This document shows, in pieces, positions 7,832 through 16,707 of a stretch of DNA of 30,633 nucleotides (position 1 is the first letter of the stretch; each line of letters opens with the position of its first letter). The position numbers and the translations under genes were made by a program. A model generated the notes under the pieces. That model had not been told where the DNA came from. It did not search any database and was given only the letters and a program-made list of their open reading frames with translations. The DNA is from an uncultured Candidatus Saccharibacteria bacterium (GTDB lineage Bacteria > Patescibacteriota > Minisyncoccia > Phycocordibacterales > SBAW01): positions 1 to 30,633 of the forward strand of contig CAZXKI010000001.1 of the NCBI GenBank assembly GCA_964641145.1, in the 5' to 3' direction.

Positions 7832-10800
7832 ATGTCCACCACGCAAAAAATTAAAAAGAGGAATGGAGAAATAGTTGATTTTCATCCGGAAAAAATAACT
7901 ATTGCTATAAAGAAAGCGTTTGCTGCAACGCTGGGCGACTCACACGAATCAGAAGCTGTTGCAATCACCAAATACATCATTGACGCCGTCGATGCCCGCT
8001 TCGGCAATACTGCCCTCCTTCCTAGCGTGGAAGCGATTCAGGACCTGGTAGAAAACGCGCTGATGGACCGCGGCTTCTTCACGGTTGCTAAAGCCTACAT
8101 AATCTACCGCTACGAACACGAAAAGATCCGCCGCGAAGAAAAAGAAAAAATTGTTGAGAAAATCATCGAGAACGAGCTCTATATAACGAAGAGAAATGGC
8201 TCTAGAGAGCGCTTTTCTGAGAGCAAGCTCACCCGCACCCTCCTTCGCGCTGCAGAAGGCTATGACCGCGCCATAGACGTGCCTTCTATCATTGCAAAAG
8301 TGCGCCAGGAAATGTACGACGGCATCAAAACCAAAGAAATTCATGAGGTGCTGGTAATGGTGGTGCGCTCATTTATTGAGCGCGACCCAGCACACTCGAC
8401 TGTTGCCGCTCGCCTATTACTCCAGTCTATCTATCACGAAGTGATGGGTGAAGTTGATTACACCAAGCTTGAAGAAACTCATCGCAACGGCTTTATCAAC
8501 TCTATTAAGCGCGGCGTAGCTATCGGACAGTTTGATCCGCGCATGGCAGAGTTTGACCTTGCCAAGCTTGCTGACGCGCTCCAGGTTGAGCGTGACCTTG
8601 AGTTTAAATACCTTGGCCTTCAGACACTTCAGACCAACTATCTCTCTAAAGAGCACGGGACCCGCAAGATCCTCGAAACCCCGCAAATGTTCTGGATGCG
8701 CATAGGCATGGGCTGTGCCTTGGCAGAAAAGACCCCTGAAGAGCGCGAGCGCCACGCTATCGAGTTCTACGAGATCATGTCGGCAATGTATTACACCCCC
8801 TCTTCTCCGACCCTGTATCACTCGGGTCTGGTTAAGCCCCAACTCTCGTCCTGCTTCCTCTCTACAGTGCCGGACGACCTCCACCAGATCTTTGCCGAAT
8901 ACTCTGACGGCGCGCAGCTTCTTAAATATGCTGGCGGCACCGGCACCGACTGGACACCTGTTCGTGCCACGGGCTCTCTTGTTAAAACTACCGGTGTTGA
9001 AAGTCAGGGTGTGATTCCCTTCCTCAAGATTGCTAACGATGTGACCATTTCGATCAATCGTTCGGGTCGTCGTCGCGGCGCCGCTGCGGTGTATCTCGAG
9101 TACTGGCACCTAGATATTGAGGACTTTATGGAGCTCCGCAAGAACACGGGCGACGAACGCCGTCGCGCTCACGACCTCAACACCGCAACCTGGATCCCCG
9201 ATCTCTTTATGAAGCGTTTGCGTGAAGACGGGTACTGGACGCTCTTTAGCCCAAGCGACGTACCGGACCTGCATGACCTCTACGGCCGCAAGTTTGAAGA
9301 AGCCTATGCTCGCTACGAACAGATGGCGGAGGAAGGCAAGATTCCTCACCACAAGCGCATGCGCGCCGCAGAACTCTGGCGCAAGCATCTCACCATGCTC
9401 TTCGAAACAGGTCATCCTTGGATCACCTGGAAGGACCCGTCCAATGTCCGCTCTCCGCAAGATCACGTAGGTGTAGTGCATTCGTCAAACCTCTGCACTG
9501 AGATTACGCTTAACTCTTCTGCCACAGAAACTGCGGTCTGTAACCTGGGCTCAATCAATATGGCGAAGTTTGTCGTAAACGGTAAGTTTGACCGCGACCT
9601 CGTAGCTCGTGTTGTGCCGGTTGCTATGCGCATGCTCGACAACGTGATCGACGTTAACTACTACCCCACCGAAAAGACCAAACGCTCTAACACGCGCCAT
9701 CGCCCGGTAGGTCTAGGTCTCCGCGGACTCCAGGACGCACTCTACAAGCTCAACATTAACTTCGACACCGAAGAAGCGGTGCGCTTTAGCGACGAGTCTA
9801 TGGAGGCTATTAGCTACCACGCCATTCTTTCTTCAGCCCTGTTGGCAAAAGAGCGCGGGGCTTACGAAACCTACAAAGGTTCTAAGTGGGACCGCGGCAT
9901 ACTCCCACAAGACACACTTAACCTGCTTGAGCACGAGCGCGGTATGCGCATAGACGTGCCTCGCCACGAAACGCTTGATTGGCGCCTAGTGCGCGAAGCG
10001 GTGCGCCAGTGGGGTATGCGCAACAGCAACACTATGGCCAACGCTCCCACCGCCACGACCGCAAACATTGCCGGCTGCTACCCTACTATCGAGCCGATCT
10101 ATAAAAACCTCTACGTTAAGTCCAACATGGCTGGCGACTTTATGGTCGTTAACGAATTCCTGGTAGAAGACCTTAAGCGTCTTGGCCTCTGGACTGAAGA
10201 TATGCTCGAGAAGATCAAGTACCACGACGGCAGCATCCAGGAGATCATGGAGATCCCTCAGGCATTGCGCGACAAATACAAAGAAGTCTTCGAGATCGAA
10301 CCGCAGTGGCTTATTAAAGCTGCCGCCTATCGCGGCCGCTGGATCGACCAAAGTCAGTCCTTGAACATCTTCTACGGCGGCACGTCTGGAAAAGTATTGT
10401 CCGAGATCTACCAATATGCCTGGGAGCTTGGGCTTAAAACCACGTATTACTTGCGCACCATGGGCGCTAGCCGCATCGAGAAGTCGACCGTTAACTTGGC
10501 TAAGTTTGGTGGCACGAGCAAGGGCGACACCTCAGTAGCTTCCTCGCCCCAAGGCTCAGTACCCTCAACCGTGATTATTGAAGAGACGGTAACCGTAGCT
10601 TCGGTCAACCAAAGCCCGCTCCTAAGCGCCGTTATCAACGAACGCGCCATGTATACCGAACCAACTGCTAAAATCGCAACCACGAGCCCTGTGACGCCAG
10701 TGGCGGCACCTCAGCCACAGATCTCGCCTGTCATTACCGCCTCTACAGGCATTCCAAGCTTTGGCGAGAGTACGGTGGCAAAGAGCTTTGTCGGCCCCAC

Positions 10801-10855
10801 TGGCAAGCGTATAGAAATTGTCGGACAAGAGGAGTGCGAGAGTTGCTCGGCCTAA
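7832..10855 (+). CDS. nrdA: Ribonucleotide reductase large subunit with two N-terminal ATP-cones
   Basis: Two ATP-cone starts (IKKRNG, ITKRNG). Catalytic SSCFL, SNLCTEI and VCNLGS motifs, the TTYYLRT tyrosine dyad, and a C-terminal CESC pair. Confidence 0.96.
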   Translation: MSTTQKIKKRNGEIVDFHPEKITIAIKKAFAATLGDSHESEAVAITKYIIDAVDARFGNTALLPSVEAIQDLVENALMDRGFFTVAKAYIIYRYEHEKIRREEKEKIVEKIIENELYITKRNGSRERFSESKLTRTLLRAAEGYDRAIDVPSIIAKVRQEMYDGIKTKEIHEVLVMVVRSFIERDPAHSTVAARLLLQSIYHEVMGEVDYTKLEETHRNGFINSIKRGVAIGQFDPRMAEFDLAKLADALQVERDLEFKYLGLQTLQTNYLSKEHGTRKILETPQMFWMRIGMGCALAEKTPEERERHAIEFYEIMSAMYYTPSSPTLYHSGLVKPQLSSCFLSTVPDDLHQIFAEYSDGAQLLKYAGGTGTDWTPVRATGSLVKTTGVESQGVIPFLKIANDVTISINRSGRRRGAAAVYLEYWHLDIEDFMELRKNTGDERRRAHDLNTATWIPDLFMKRLREDGYWTLFSPSDVPDLHDLYGRKFEEAYARYEQMAEEGKIPHHKRMRAAELWRKHLTMLFETGHPWITWKDPSNVRSPQDHVGVVHSSNLCTEITLNSSATETAVCNLGSINMAKFVVNGKFDRDLVARVVPVAMRMLDNVIDVNYYPTEKTKRSNTRHRPVGLGLRGLQDALYKLNINFDTEEAVRFSDESMEAISYHAILSSALLAKERGAYETYKGSKWDRGILPQDTLNLLEHERGMRIDVPRHETLDWRLVREAVRQWGMRNSNTMANAPTATTANIAGCYPTIEPIYKNLYVKSNMAGDFMVVNEFLVEDLKRLGLWTEDMLEKIKYHDGSIQEIMEIPQALRDKYKEVFEIEPQWLIKAAAYRGRWIDQSQSLNIFYGGTSGKVLSEIYQYAWELGLKTTYYLRTMGASRIEKSTVNLAKFGGTSKGDTSVASSPQGSVPSTVIIEETVTVASVNQSPLLSAVINERAMYTEPTAKIATTSPVTPVAAPQPQISPVITASTGIPSFGESTVAKSFVGPTGKRIEIVGQEECESCSA

Positions 10856-10907
10856 GTAGGACTCTGTCAATATTGTTCCCCATTAAAAGCTAGCTAGAAT
10901 AACCTGT

Positions 10908-11903
10908 ATGGCAGGGATCATAAACGGTGCGTCCACAACCGACCCGAACAAGATACTTCCGATGAAGTATCCGTGGGCGCGTACACATTACAAGAAGGGC
11001 GTGGCGAACAACTGGGTGCCGGAAGAAGTTTCGATGCAGCAAGACGTTGAGCTGTGGAAGAAGGCAGGCGCCTTGAGCGAAGACGAGCGCCGCATGATCC
11101 TCTGGAACCTCGGCTTCTTCTCTACGGCAGAGTCTCTTACTGCCAACAACCTAGTCTTGGCGATCTACCGCCACATCACCAACCCCGAAGCGCGCCAGTA
11201 TCTCCTGCGCCAAGCCTACGAAGAAGCGGTGCACACCGACACGTTTATCTACTGCTGTGACACGCTCGCCCTTTCTCCAGACGAGATCTACAACATGTAC
11301 CTCACGATCCCGTCTATTAAAGAAAAGGATGACTTTGTCGTAGAGATCACCAAGAGCGTGTTTGACCCTAACTTCTCGACCGAGGGCGACGAAAATATCC
11401 AAAAGTTTGTACACGACCTGGTGGGCTTTTATGTGATCATGGAAGGCATCTTCTTCTATGCAGGCTTTGTCATGATGCTCTCAATGCTCCGCAAAAACCG
11501 CATGGTCGGTGTTGGCGAGCAGTTCCAGTTTATTCTCCGCGACGAGTCGGTGCACCTCGCCTTTGGCGCAGACCTTATTAACACCATTGTGCAGGAAAAT
11601 CCGCAGATCTGGACCACGGAGTACAAGGCCACGCTTACCAAAAACATTATGCGCGGCGTTGAGCTTGAGAAGAAATATGTAGACGACGCACTCCCGCGCG
11701 GCATTGTGGGTCTTACCCCAACGACCATAAAGCAGTACATTGAGCACATTGCCGACCGCCGCCTTGAGCGCATTGGCCTGGAGCGTCAGTATCACAAAGA
11801 CAACCCGTTTCCTTGGATGTCAGAGATTATCGACATGCCAAAAGAGAAAAACTTCTTCGAAACCCGCGTTACTGAATATAAAACCGGTGAGTTGGATTGG
11901 TAA
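10908..11903 (+). CDS. nrdB: Ribonucleotide reductase small subunit, class Ic (R2c) signature
   Basis: FFSTAES, EEAVHTDTF, MEGIFFY, RDESVH and C-terminal NFFETRVTEY. Ligand 1 is Glu75 and the radical position is Phe113. Confidence 0.95.
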   Translation: MAGIINGASTTDPNKILPMKYPWARTHYKKGVANNWVPEEVSMQQDVELWKKAGALSEDERRMILWNLGFFSTAESLTANNLVLAIYRHITNPEARQYLLRQAYEEAVHTDTFIYCCDTLALSPDEIYNMYLTIPSIKEKDDFVVEITKSVFDPNFSTEGDENIQKFVHDLVGFYVIMEGIFFYAGFVMMLSMLRKNRMVGVGEQFQFILRDESVHLAFGADLINTIVQENPQIWTTEYKATLTKNIMRGVELEKKYVDDALPRGIVGLTPTTIKQYIEHIADRRLERIGLERQYHKDNPFPWMSEIIDMPKEKNFFETRVTEYKTGELDW

Positions 11904-11914
11904 ATGTAATGCTC

Positions 11915-12679
11915 TTATCTGAGTGAACGGTCGAGGCCGTACTCGCCCACTTTGGTGCGGAGGATATGGAGTGCCAGAGCTGGGGTGCCCAAGTCTTTGC
12001 CGAGTCCGTGCGCGATAGAACGCGCGTAGGTGCCGCTTGAGCACGAGATAGAGATAGTGGCACAAGGGAACTCGCGCGTCCCTTCTGCCTTAAGCTTGCG
12101 CTTCCAAAGGCGGATCGTCTCTTCTTGTCTAAAATCTCCTTCAACTTTCTCCACGCTTTCTTCTATGTAGTTTAAAAGTGTGCCCTCATCTACTTTGTAC
12201 ATACCCACAAGCTGAATGTCATAAATAACCACCACCTTGCGTGGCAACACTAAGGTGCTAATAGCACCGCCGCGCGCCCATTCGATAAGCGACTTGCCTT
12301 CTATAGTCTTAGACGAATACGGCGGATACTCCTGAGCAAAGGTGCCGCGAAACTCGTTAAGGCCTTTTTGCACATCCTCTTTTCTGACCTTTGAGGCATC
12401 CCCTGCATCCATCACCCGGCCTAAAATATCGTAGGTGTCGGTAGAAAAGCCGAAGAGCACATCAAGCACATACTCCTTAGACATGTCGAGGTACTGCTCG
12501 CGGCGCTTGTTAGCCGAGCCCACTAGGCACAATAGGACCCCCTCTGCCATAGGGTCGAGCCTGCCCGCGTAGGAAAGCACCTCATGAGCGTACTCTGGCC
12601 TCTGGATCCGTAACCTTTCTAACCGCTCGCGGGGCGTCTCACCAAGATTTTTGTATAAGTTCAGTACTTCTCCCCCCAT
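11915..12679 (-). CDS. truB: tRNA pseudouridine(55) synthase TruB-like, without an evident PUA domain
   Basis: AGRLDPMAEGVL (catalytic Asp), KEY, GFSTDTYD, PPYSSK and CSSGTYARS...L.R motifs. Confidence 0.85.
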   Translation of the reverse strand: MGGEVLNLYKNLGETPRERLERLRIQRPEYAHEVLSYAGRLDPMAEGVLLCLVGSANKRREQYLDMSKEYVLDVLFGFSTDTYDILGRVMDAGDASKVRKEDVQKGLNEFRGTFAQEYPPYSSKTIEGKSLIEWARGGAISTLVLPRKVVVIYDIQLVGMYKVDEGTLLNYIEESVEKVEGDFRQEETIRLWKRKLKAEGTREFPCATISISCSSGTYARSIAHGLGKDLGTPALALHILRTKVGEYGLDRSLR

Positions 12680-12713
12680 AAATATCTTGATACACTAGTC
12701 GATAACAGCCTAT

Positions 12714-13961
12714 ATGTCCAAAAAAGACCGAATTTCAACAGAGCCGTACAAAGGAGTGCGCGACTTTTATCCGCAAGACCAGGCATTTTTAAACTACGTA
12801 ACTGCCACACAGCGCCAGGTTGTAGAGCGTTTTGGATACGCCGAGTATGGCGCGTCAATTCTGGAGCCTTCAGAATTGTATAAAAACAAGGGTGCCGAAA
12901 ATGAAGAAATCGTAAACGAGCAGACCTACACGTTTACCGACCGCGGCGACCGCGAAGTGACGCTTCGCCCCGAAATGACACCCACCGCAGCTCGTATGGT
13001 AGCCGCTAAGCGACGCGAACTGGGCTTCCCTTTGCGCTGGTACTCTATCCCCAACCTGTTTCGTTACGAGCGCACCCAGCGCGGCCGTCTGCGCGAACAC
13101 TGGCAGTTAAACGTTGATATCTTTGGCTCACACTCGCTCCAAGCCGACGCAGAAATTATTGCCGTTGCCGCTGCAGTACTGAAAGCCTTTGGCGCAACAG
13201 ACAGTGACTTTGTGATTAAGGTAGCAAGCCGCACCTTCCTCGACAGTGTCGCGGAAAAGCTTGGGCTTTCAGAAGAGAATATTAAGCGCCTGCGCAACAC
13301 CCTCGACCGCAAAGACAAAGTTGCTAAAGAGCAGTTCGAGAAGGACCTGCAAGAGATAGGCGTAGCACTAGAAATCACGTCCCCAGACAACCCGCCCGAA
13401 GACGTGCAGGAGGTTCTCCGCCACCTTCAGGCGAGAGGTATTACCAACGCCGTATTTGACCCGGCCATTGTGCGCGGCTTCGACTACTACACCGGCGTCG
13501 TGTTTGAGGTTTTTGACACTCACCCTGAGAACAACCGCGCCCTTCTGGGAGGCGGCCGCTACGACAACTTGACTGAGCTCTTTGACGACGAACCGGTGCC
13601 GGGCGTGGGCTTTGGCATGGGTGACGTCACGATTAAAGACTTTCTTGCAGTGCGCAACATGCTCCCCGACTATCTGCCGGCAACAAAGGTATACCTAGCC
13701 GTCGCCGGACAAGAGTTCGTAAACGAGGCACTGAGCCTTGCCGACACGCTGCGCGACGAAGGTGTGGCCGTAGCTGTAGACTTTGGAGAGAAAAAACTTG
13801 GCGACCAGATCAAAACTGCAGACAAGCAACGTGTCCCCTATGTGATTGTGGTGGGCGCAGACGAAGCCTCAAGCGGCACGTATAAAGTAAAAGACCTTGC
13901 GACCGGCGAAGAGAAGTCTCTAAGCCGCCAAGAGTTAGCGTCATTCTTCCTTAGCCTGTAA
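12714..13961 (+). CDS. hisS: Histidyl-tRNA synthetase
   Basis: KGVRDFYP, LRPEMT, FRYERTQRGRLREHWQ, VRGFDYYTG and GGGRYD motifs, with a C-terminal anticodon-binding domain. Confidence 0.97.
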   Translation: MSKKDRISTEPYKGVRDFYPQDQAFLNYVTATQRQVVERFGYAEYGASILEPSELYKNKGAENEEIVNEQTYTFTDRGDREVTLRPEMTPTAARMVAAKRRELGFPLRWYSIPNLFRYERTQRGRLREHWQLNVDIFGSHSLQADAEIIAVAAAVLKAFGATDSDFVIKVASRTFLDSVAEKLGLSEENIKRLRNTLDRKDKVAKEQFEKDLQEIGVALEITSPDNPPEDVQEVLRHLQARGITNAVFDPAIVRGFDYYTGVVFEVFDTHPENNRALLGGGRYDNLTELFDDEPVPGVGFGMGDVTIKDFLAVRNMLPDYLPATKVYLAVAGQEFVNEALSLADTLRDEGVAVAVDFGEKKLGDQIKTADKQRVPYVIVVGADEASSGTYKVKDLATGEEKSLSRQELASFFLSL

Positions 13962-13970
13962 AATCTAGCG

Positions 13971-14543
13971 ATGCGCAAAGTTACACTCGACATTGAAACC
14001 GAGGGCGATTTCCGTGGCAATGGAGATTTTGGCAACCTAGAGGTAACTATTGCCTGCATCCACGACTCAGAAACTGATGAGTTTAAAAGTTTCCTCAAAC
14101 CGGAGCTCCCTGACCTGTGGCCCATCCTTGAGCGCGCCGATATGATAATCGGCTACAACTCCGACCACTTTGATCTCCCGATACTCAACAAATATTACAC
14201 CGGTGACTTAAGCAAGATCAGGAGCTTAGACCTGCTTAAAGAGGTTAAAAACGTGCTAGGACGGCGTCTACGTCTCGACAGTATTGCAGAGGCCACCTTA
14301 GGCAAAAAGAAGAGCGGCAACGGCCTAGAGGCGGTGCAATGGTGGAAGGAAGGCAAGGTAGACAAGGTGCGTCAGTACTGCATCGACGACGTGCGTATCA
14401 CCCGCGACATTTACGAATACGCAAGGAAAAACGGAGCGCTCAAATATCGCGACTTTGACGGTGTTCGTGAGATAAAACTCGATACCCGCAAATGGGAGGA
14501 AGAAAGCGCTGGCTCAGCTATAACCCACACCCTGCCCTTTTAA
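13971..14543 (+). CDS. RNase H-like (DEDD/YprB-like) exonuclease-domain protein
   Basis: Exo I LDIET, Exo II IGYNSDHFDLP and Exo III YCIDDV motifs. Confidence 0.8.
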   Translation: MRKVTLDIETEGDFRGNGDFGNLEVTIACIHDSETDEFKSFLKPELPDLWPILERADMIIGYNSDHFDLPILNKYYTGDLSKIRSLDLLKEVKNVLGRRLRLDSIAEATLGKKKSGNGLEAVQWWKEGKVDKVRQYCIDDVRITRDIYEYARKNGALKYRDFDGVREIKLDTRKWEEESAGSAITHTLPF

Positions 14544-14609
14544 AGCGAAATAGTCTCTCTATACTGTCAAGACTTTTATGAGCGGGGCAAACCGGTACAA
14601 TAAGCATAT

Positions 14610-15320
14610 ATGAAAAGCCAATACGTGTTACCTATTACTATTGTGGTCGCGGGCGGATTAATAGCAGGAGCAGTATTTTTACTTGGCGGCAGCAAAACGC
14701 CCAACCCAACCGGCTCGCAGAATATTGATGCGCGCGCCTATGACCCAGCTACCGACTACATCTTGGGCAACCCTGATGCACCAATAAAGGTTGTTGAATA
14801 TTCGGACCTTGAGTGCCCGTTCTGCAAAAACTTCCACACCACCATGCACCAGATCATGCAGTACTACGGCTCTGGCGGCCAAGTGGCATGGGTCTTCCGT
14901 CACTTCCCTCTGGCACAACTCCACTCAAAGGCGCCTCGCGAGGCTCAGGCCGCAGAGTGTGCAGGCGAACTTGGGGGCAGCGAGGCATTTTGGAAGTATG
15001 TTGACCGCGTCTTTGAAGTTACCCCCTCAAGTAACGGCCTCGATCTTGCGCAACTCCCGGTTATCGCAGGAGAAGTTGGCCTTAACGTAGAAGCCTTTAA
15101 TCAGTGTCTCGCAAGCGAAAAGTATGCCAAGAAGGTCAGCGACTCATACCAAGAGGCTATCAAGCTCGGCGCACAGGGCACGCCGTACACCCTTATTATG
15201 GTTGGCGAGCAGGCAGTAACACTCCCAGGCAACCAGCCGTATGACTCAATGCGCGCAGCTATCGACGCCGTATTGGCAGGCGTACAAGCCCCCGCAGCTA
15301 CCGAGACAACTCCTCAGTAA
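14610..15320 (+). CDS. Membrane-anchored DsbA-family thiol:disulfide oxidoreductase
   Basis: N-terminal TM, EYSDLECPFC active site, FRHFPL, and the GTP cis-Pro loop. Confidence 0.9.
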   Translation: MKSQYVLPITIVVAGGLIAGAVFLLGGSKTPNPTGSQNIDARAYDPATDYILGNPDAPIKVVEYSDLECPFCKNFHTTMHQIMQYYGSGGQVAWVFRHFPLAQLHSKAPREAQAAECAGELGGSEAFWKYVDRVFEVTPSSNGLDLAQLPVIAGEVGLNVEAFNQCLASEKYAKKVSDSYQEAIKLGAQGTPYTLIMVGEQAVTLPGNQPYDSMRAAIDAVLAGVQAPAATETTPQ

Positions 15321-15339
15321 GGCTGAAAGCACAATAAAC

Positions 15340-15380
15340 AAAAGCCCCTGCGAGATTCCCGCCGGGGCTTTTTCTTTCTT
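15340..15380. terminator. Bidirectional intrinsic terminator
   Basis: AAAAGCCCC(T)GCG...CGC(C)GGGGCTTTT followed by TCTTTCTT, between convergent genes. Confidence 0.7.
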
Positions 15381-15401
15381 CGATCCTCCTCTGATCTGCG
15401 A

Positions 15402-15665
15402 TCAATCAGGAGCACTGTACGCAGCAGCAACCACGTAGAGCGCCTGCAATATGGTGTCCTTAGTGAGTCCTTTGGTTTCTGCAAGAACCTCTGCAAGGGT
15501 CTCCTCCAGACCTTGCATACTCCGCTTGTCCTCTTCAGTCCCCTCGATATCCATAAGCTCAACGAGGACCCTGAGTCTTTCTGCAACAACGCCATTAACG
15601 TCCTTTCGCGTGCCGCCGTGGGTATTTAGTACCAACTGCTGAAGCCCTGCACCCGAGATCGCCAT
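15402..15665 (-). CDS. 87-aa hypothetical protein, stand-alone cassette
   Basis: AAGGGAG SD 7 nt before the ATG and its own promoter. Helical, acidic sequence with no recognised family. Confidence 0.7.
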   Translation of the reverse strand: MAISGAGLQQLVLNTHGGTRKDVNGVVAERLRVLVELMDIEGTEEDKRSMQGLEETLAEVLAETKGLTKDTILQALYVVAAAYSAPD

Positions 15666-15695
15666 CTATCTTCTCCCTTGTGTACTGTCGGAAAT

Positions 15696-15724
15696 ACCAT
15701 ACTTTGAAATATGATTGGCGTCAA
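15696..15724 (-). promoter_or_regulatory. Candidate sigma70 promoter of the 87-aa gene
   Basis: Minus strand TTGACG (15724-15719), 17 nt, TATGGT (15701-15696). Confidence 0.6.
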
Positions 15725-15736
15725 TAGTCTGCCGCG

Positions 15737-16594
15737 TTATTTATCCGGACGAAAGTGGGCGTCGTACGGCTCAGGCATGAGGTTGATGCGGTAGATATCA
15801 AACGAATTCTCCCCTTCAAAAATGTCTGATGGGTTGGGCAAGAATACTCTCGCTGTGGCAAGCGACTCTGTAGCATCACGCAGCAACCGATTGAATATGA
15901 TGAATTCTTCTCTAAACGTGCGAAAGTCCACTACATAGCGCCGCATCTGCGGGCTGCCGTCTGCATTACGCGAGATCTTCCACTCGTGGACGATAAAGCG
16001 CCGCACTGGCTTGTTAAAGCCCTTCTTGACGGTGTAGTAGTTGAATATAGCCTGCAAGATAAAAAGGGACCGGTCACTTCCTGCAGGGCTGAATGCAGTG
16101 ACAAACTTGTGGTCAACCACATCTATGCCGCGCTTGTCGACCTTACTCACCGCCACAAGGTCGGAGATCGCTTTAATAGGAAGCTGGAGGCCTTCTACTT
16201 TAGCCATGCCCTTCACTTCTACGCCCAACACTTTATAAGCAGGAGGCTTTGCGGCAAAAAACTCCATTACCTGGCTGTATTCCCGCTCCATAGCGAGACG
16301 TTTTTTCTTTTGAGCAGCTTTGCTTTTAACCCTTTTGCCAAAGTTAATCTCAAAGTCTGGTATGTTACGCAAATACTCGAGCCCTAGCTCTCCCGCCGCC
16401 TCAATACCAACGCCGGTGTAGTAATGCTCTACCGCCTTATGTGCTGCGCGCCCCACGGCAGCCGCAGGGCCCATGGGGGTGTCATAGACCTGCTCTACAT
16501 AGCGCTTGTACCAGGCAAGCGGGTTGCGCAGATACGCCATAAGAGACGAGTAGCTCCAGTGCATGATCGGGAGTTTAGGAGCCTTGGCAACCAT
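15737..16594 (-). CDS. PD-(D/E)XK nuclease family protein (RecB/AddB/Cas4-like fold)
   Basis: WSYSSL, GRAAHKAVE, KAISDLV and IDVVDHK motifs. No Cys cluster. Confidence 0.8.
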   Translation of the reverse strand: MVAKAPKLPIMHWSYSSLMAYLRNPLAWYKRYVEQVYDTPMGPAAAVGRAAHKAVEHYYTGVGIEAAGELGLEYLRNIPDFEINFGKRVKSKAAQKKKRLAMEREYSQVMEFFAAKPPAYKVLGVEVKGMAKVEGLQLPIKAISDLVAVSKVDKRGIDVVDHKFVTAFSPAGSDRSLFILQAIFNYYTVKKGFNKPVRRFIVHEWKISRNADGSPQMRRYVVDFRTFREEFIIFNRLLRDATESLATARVFLPNPSDIFEGENSFDIYRINLMPEPYDAHFRPDK

Positions 16595-16707
16595 TTGCGA
16601 AGTATATCAAAAAGAAGTAAGGTAAAAATATAGCAGCTTTCTATAAATGCGGCTCATCCGCTTTTTAGGGGCGGCTTTTTACTTTTTTATAGATAGCATT
16701 GCATACT

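Noticed and set aside
15737-16594. cas4 call
   Set aside because: No Fe-S cysteines and no cas1/cas2 or array in the window.
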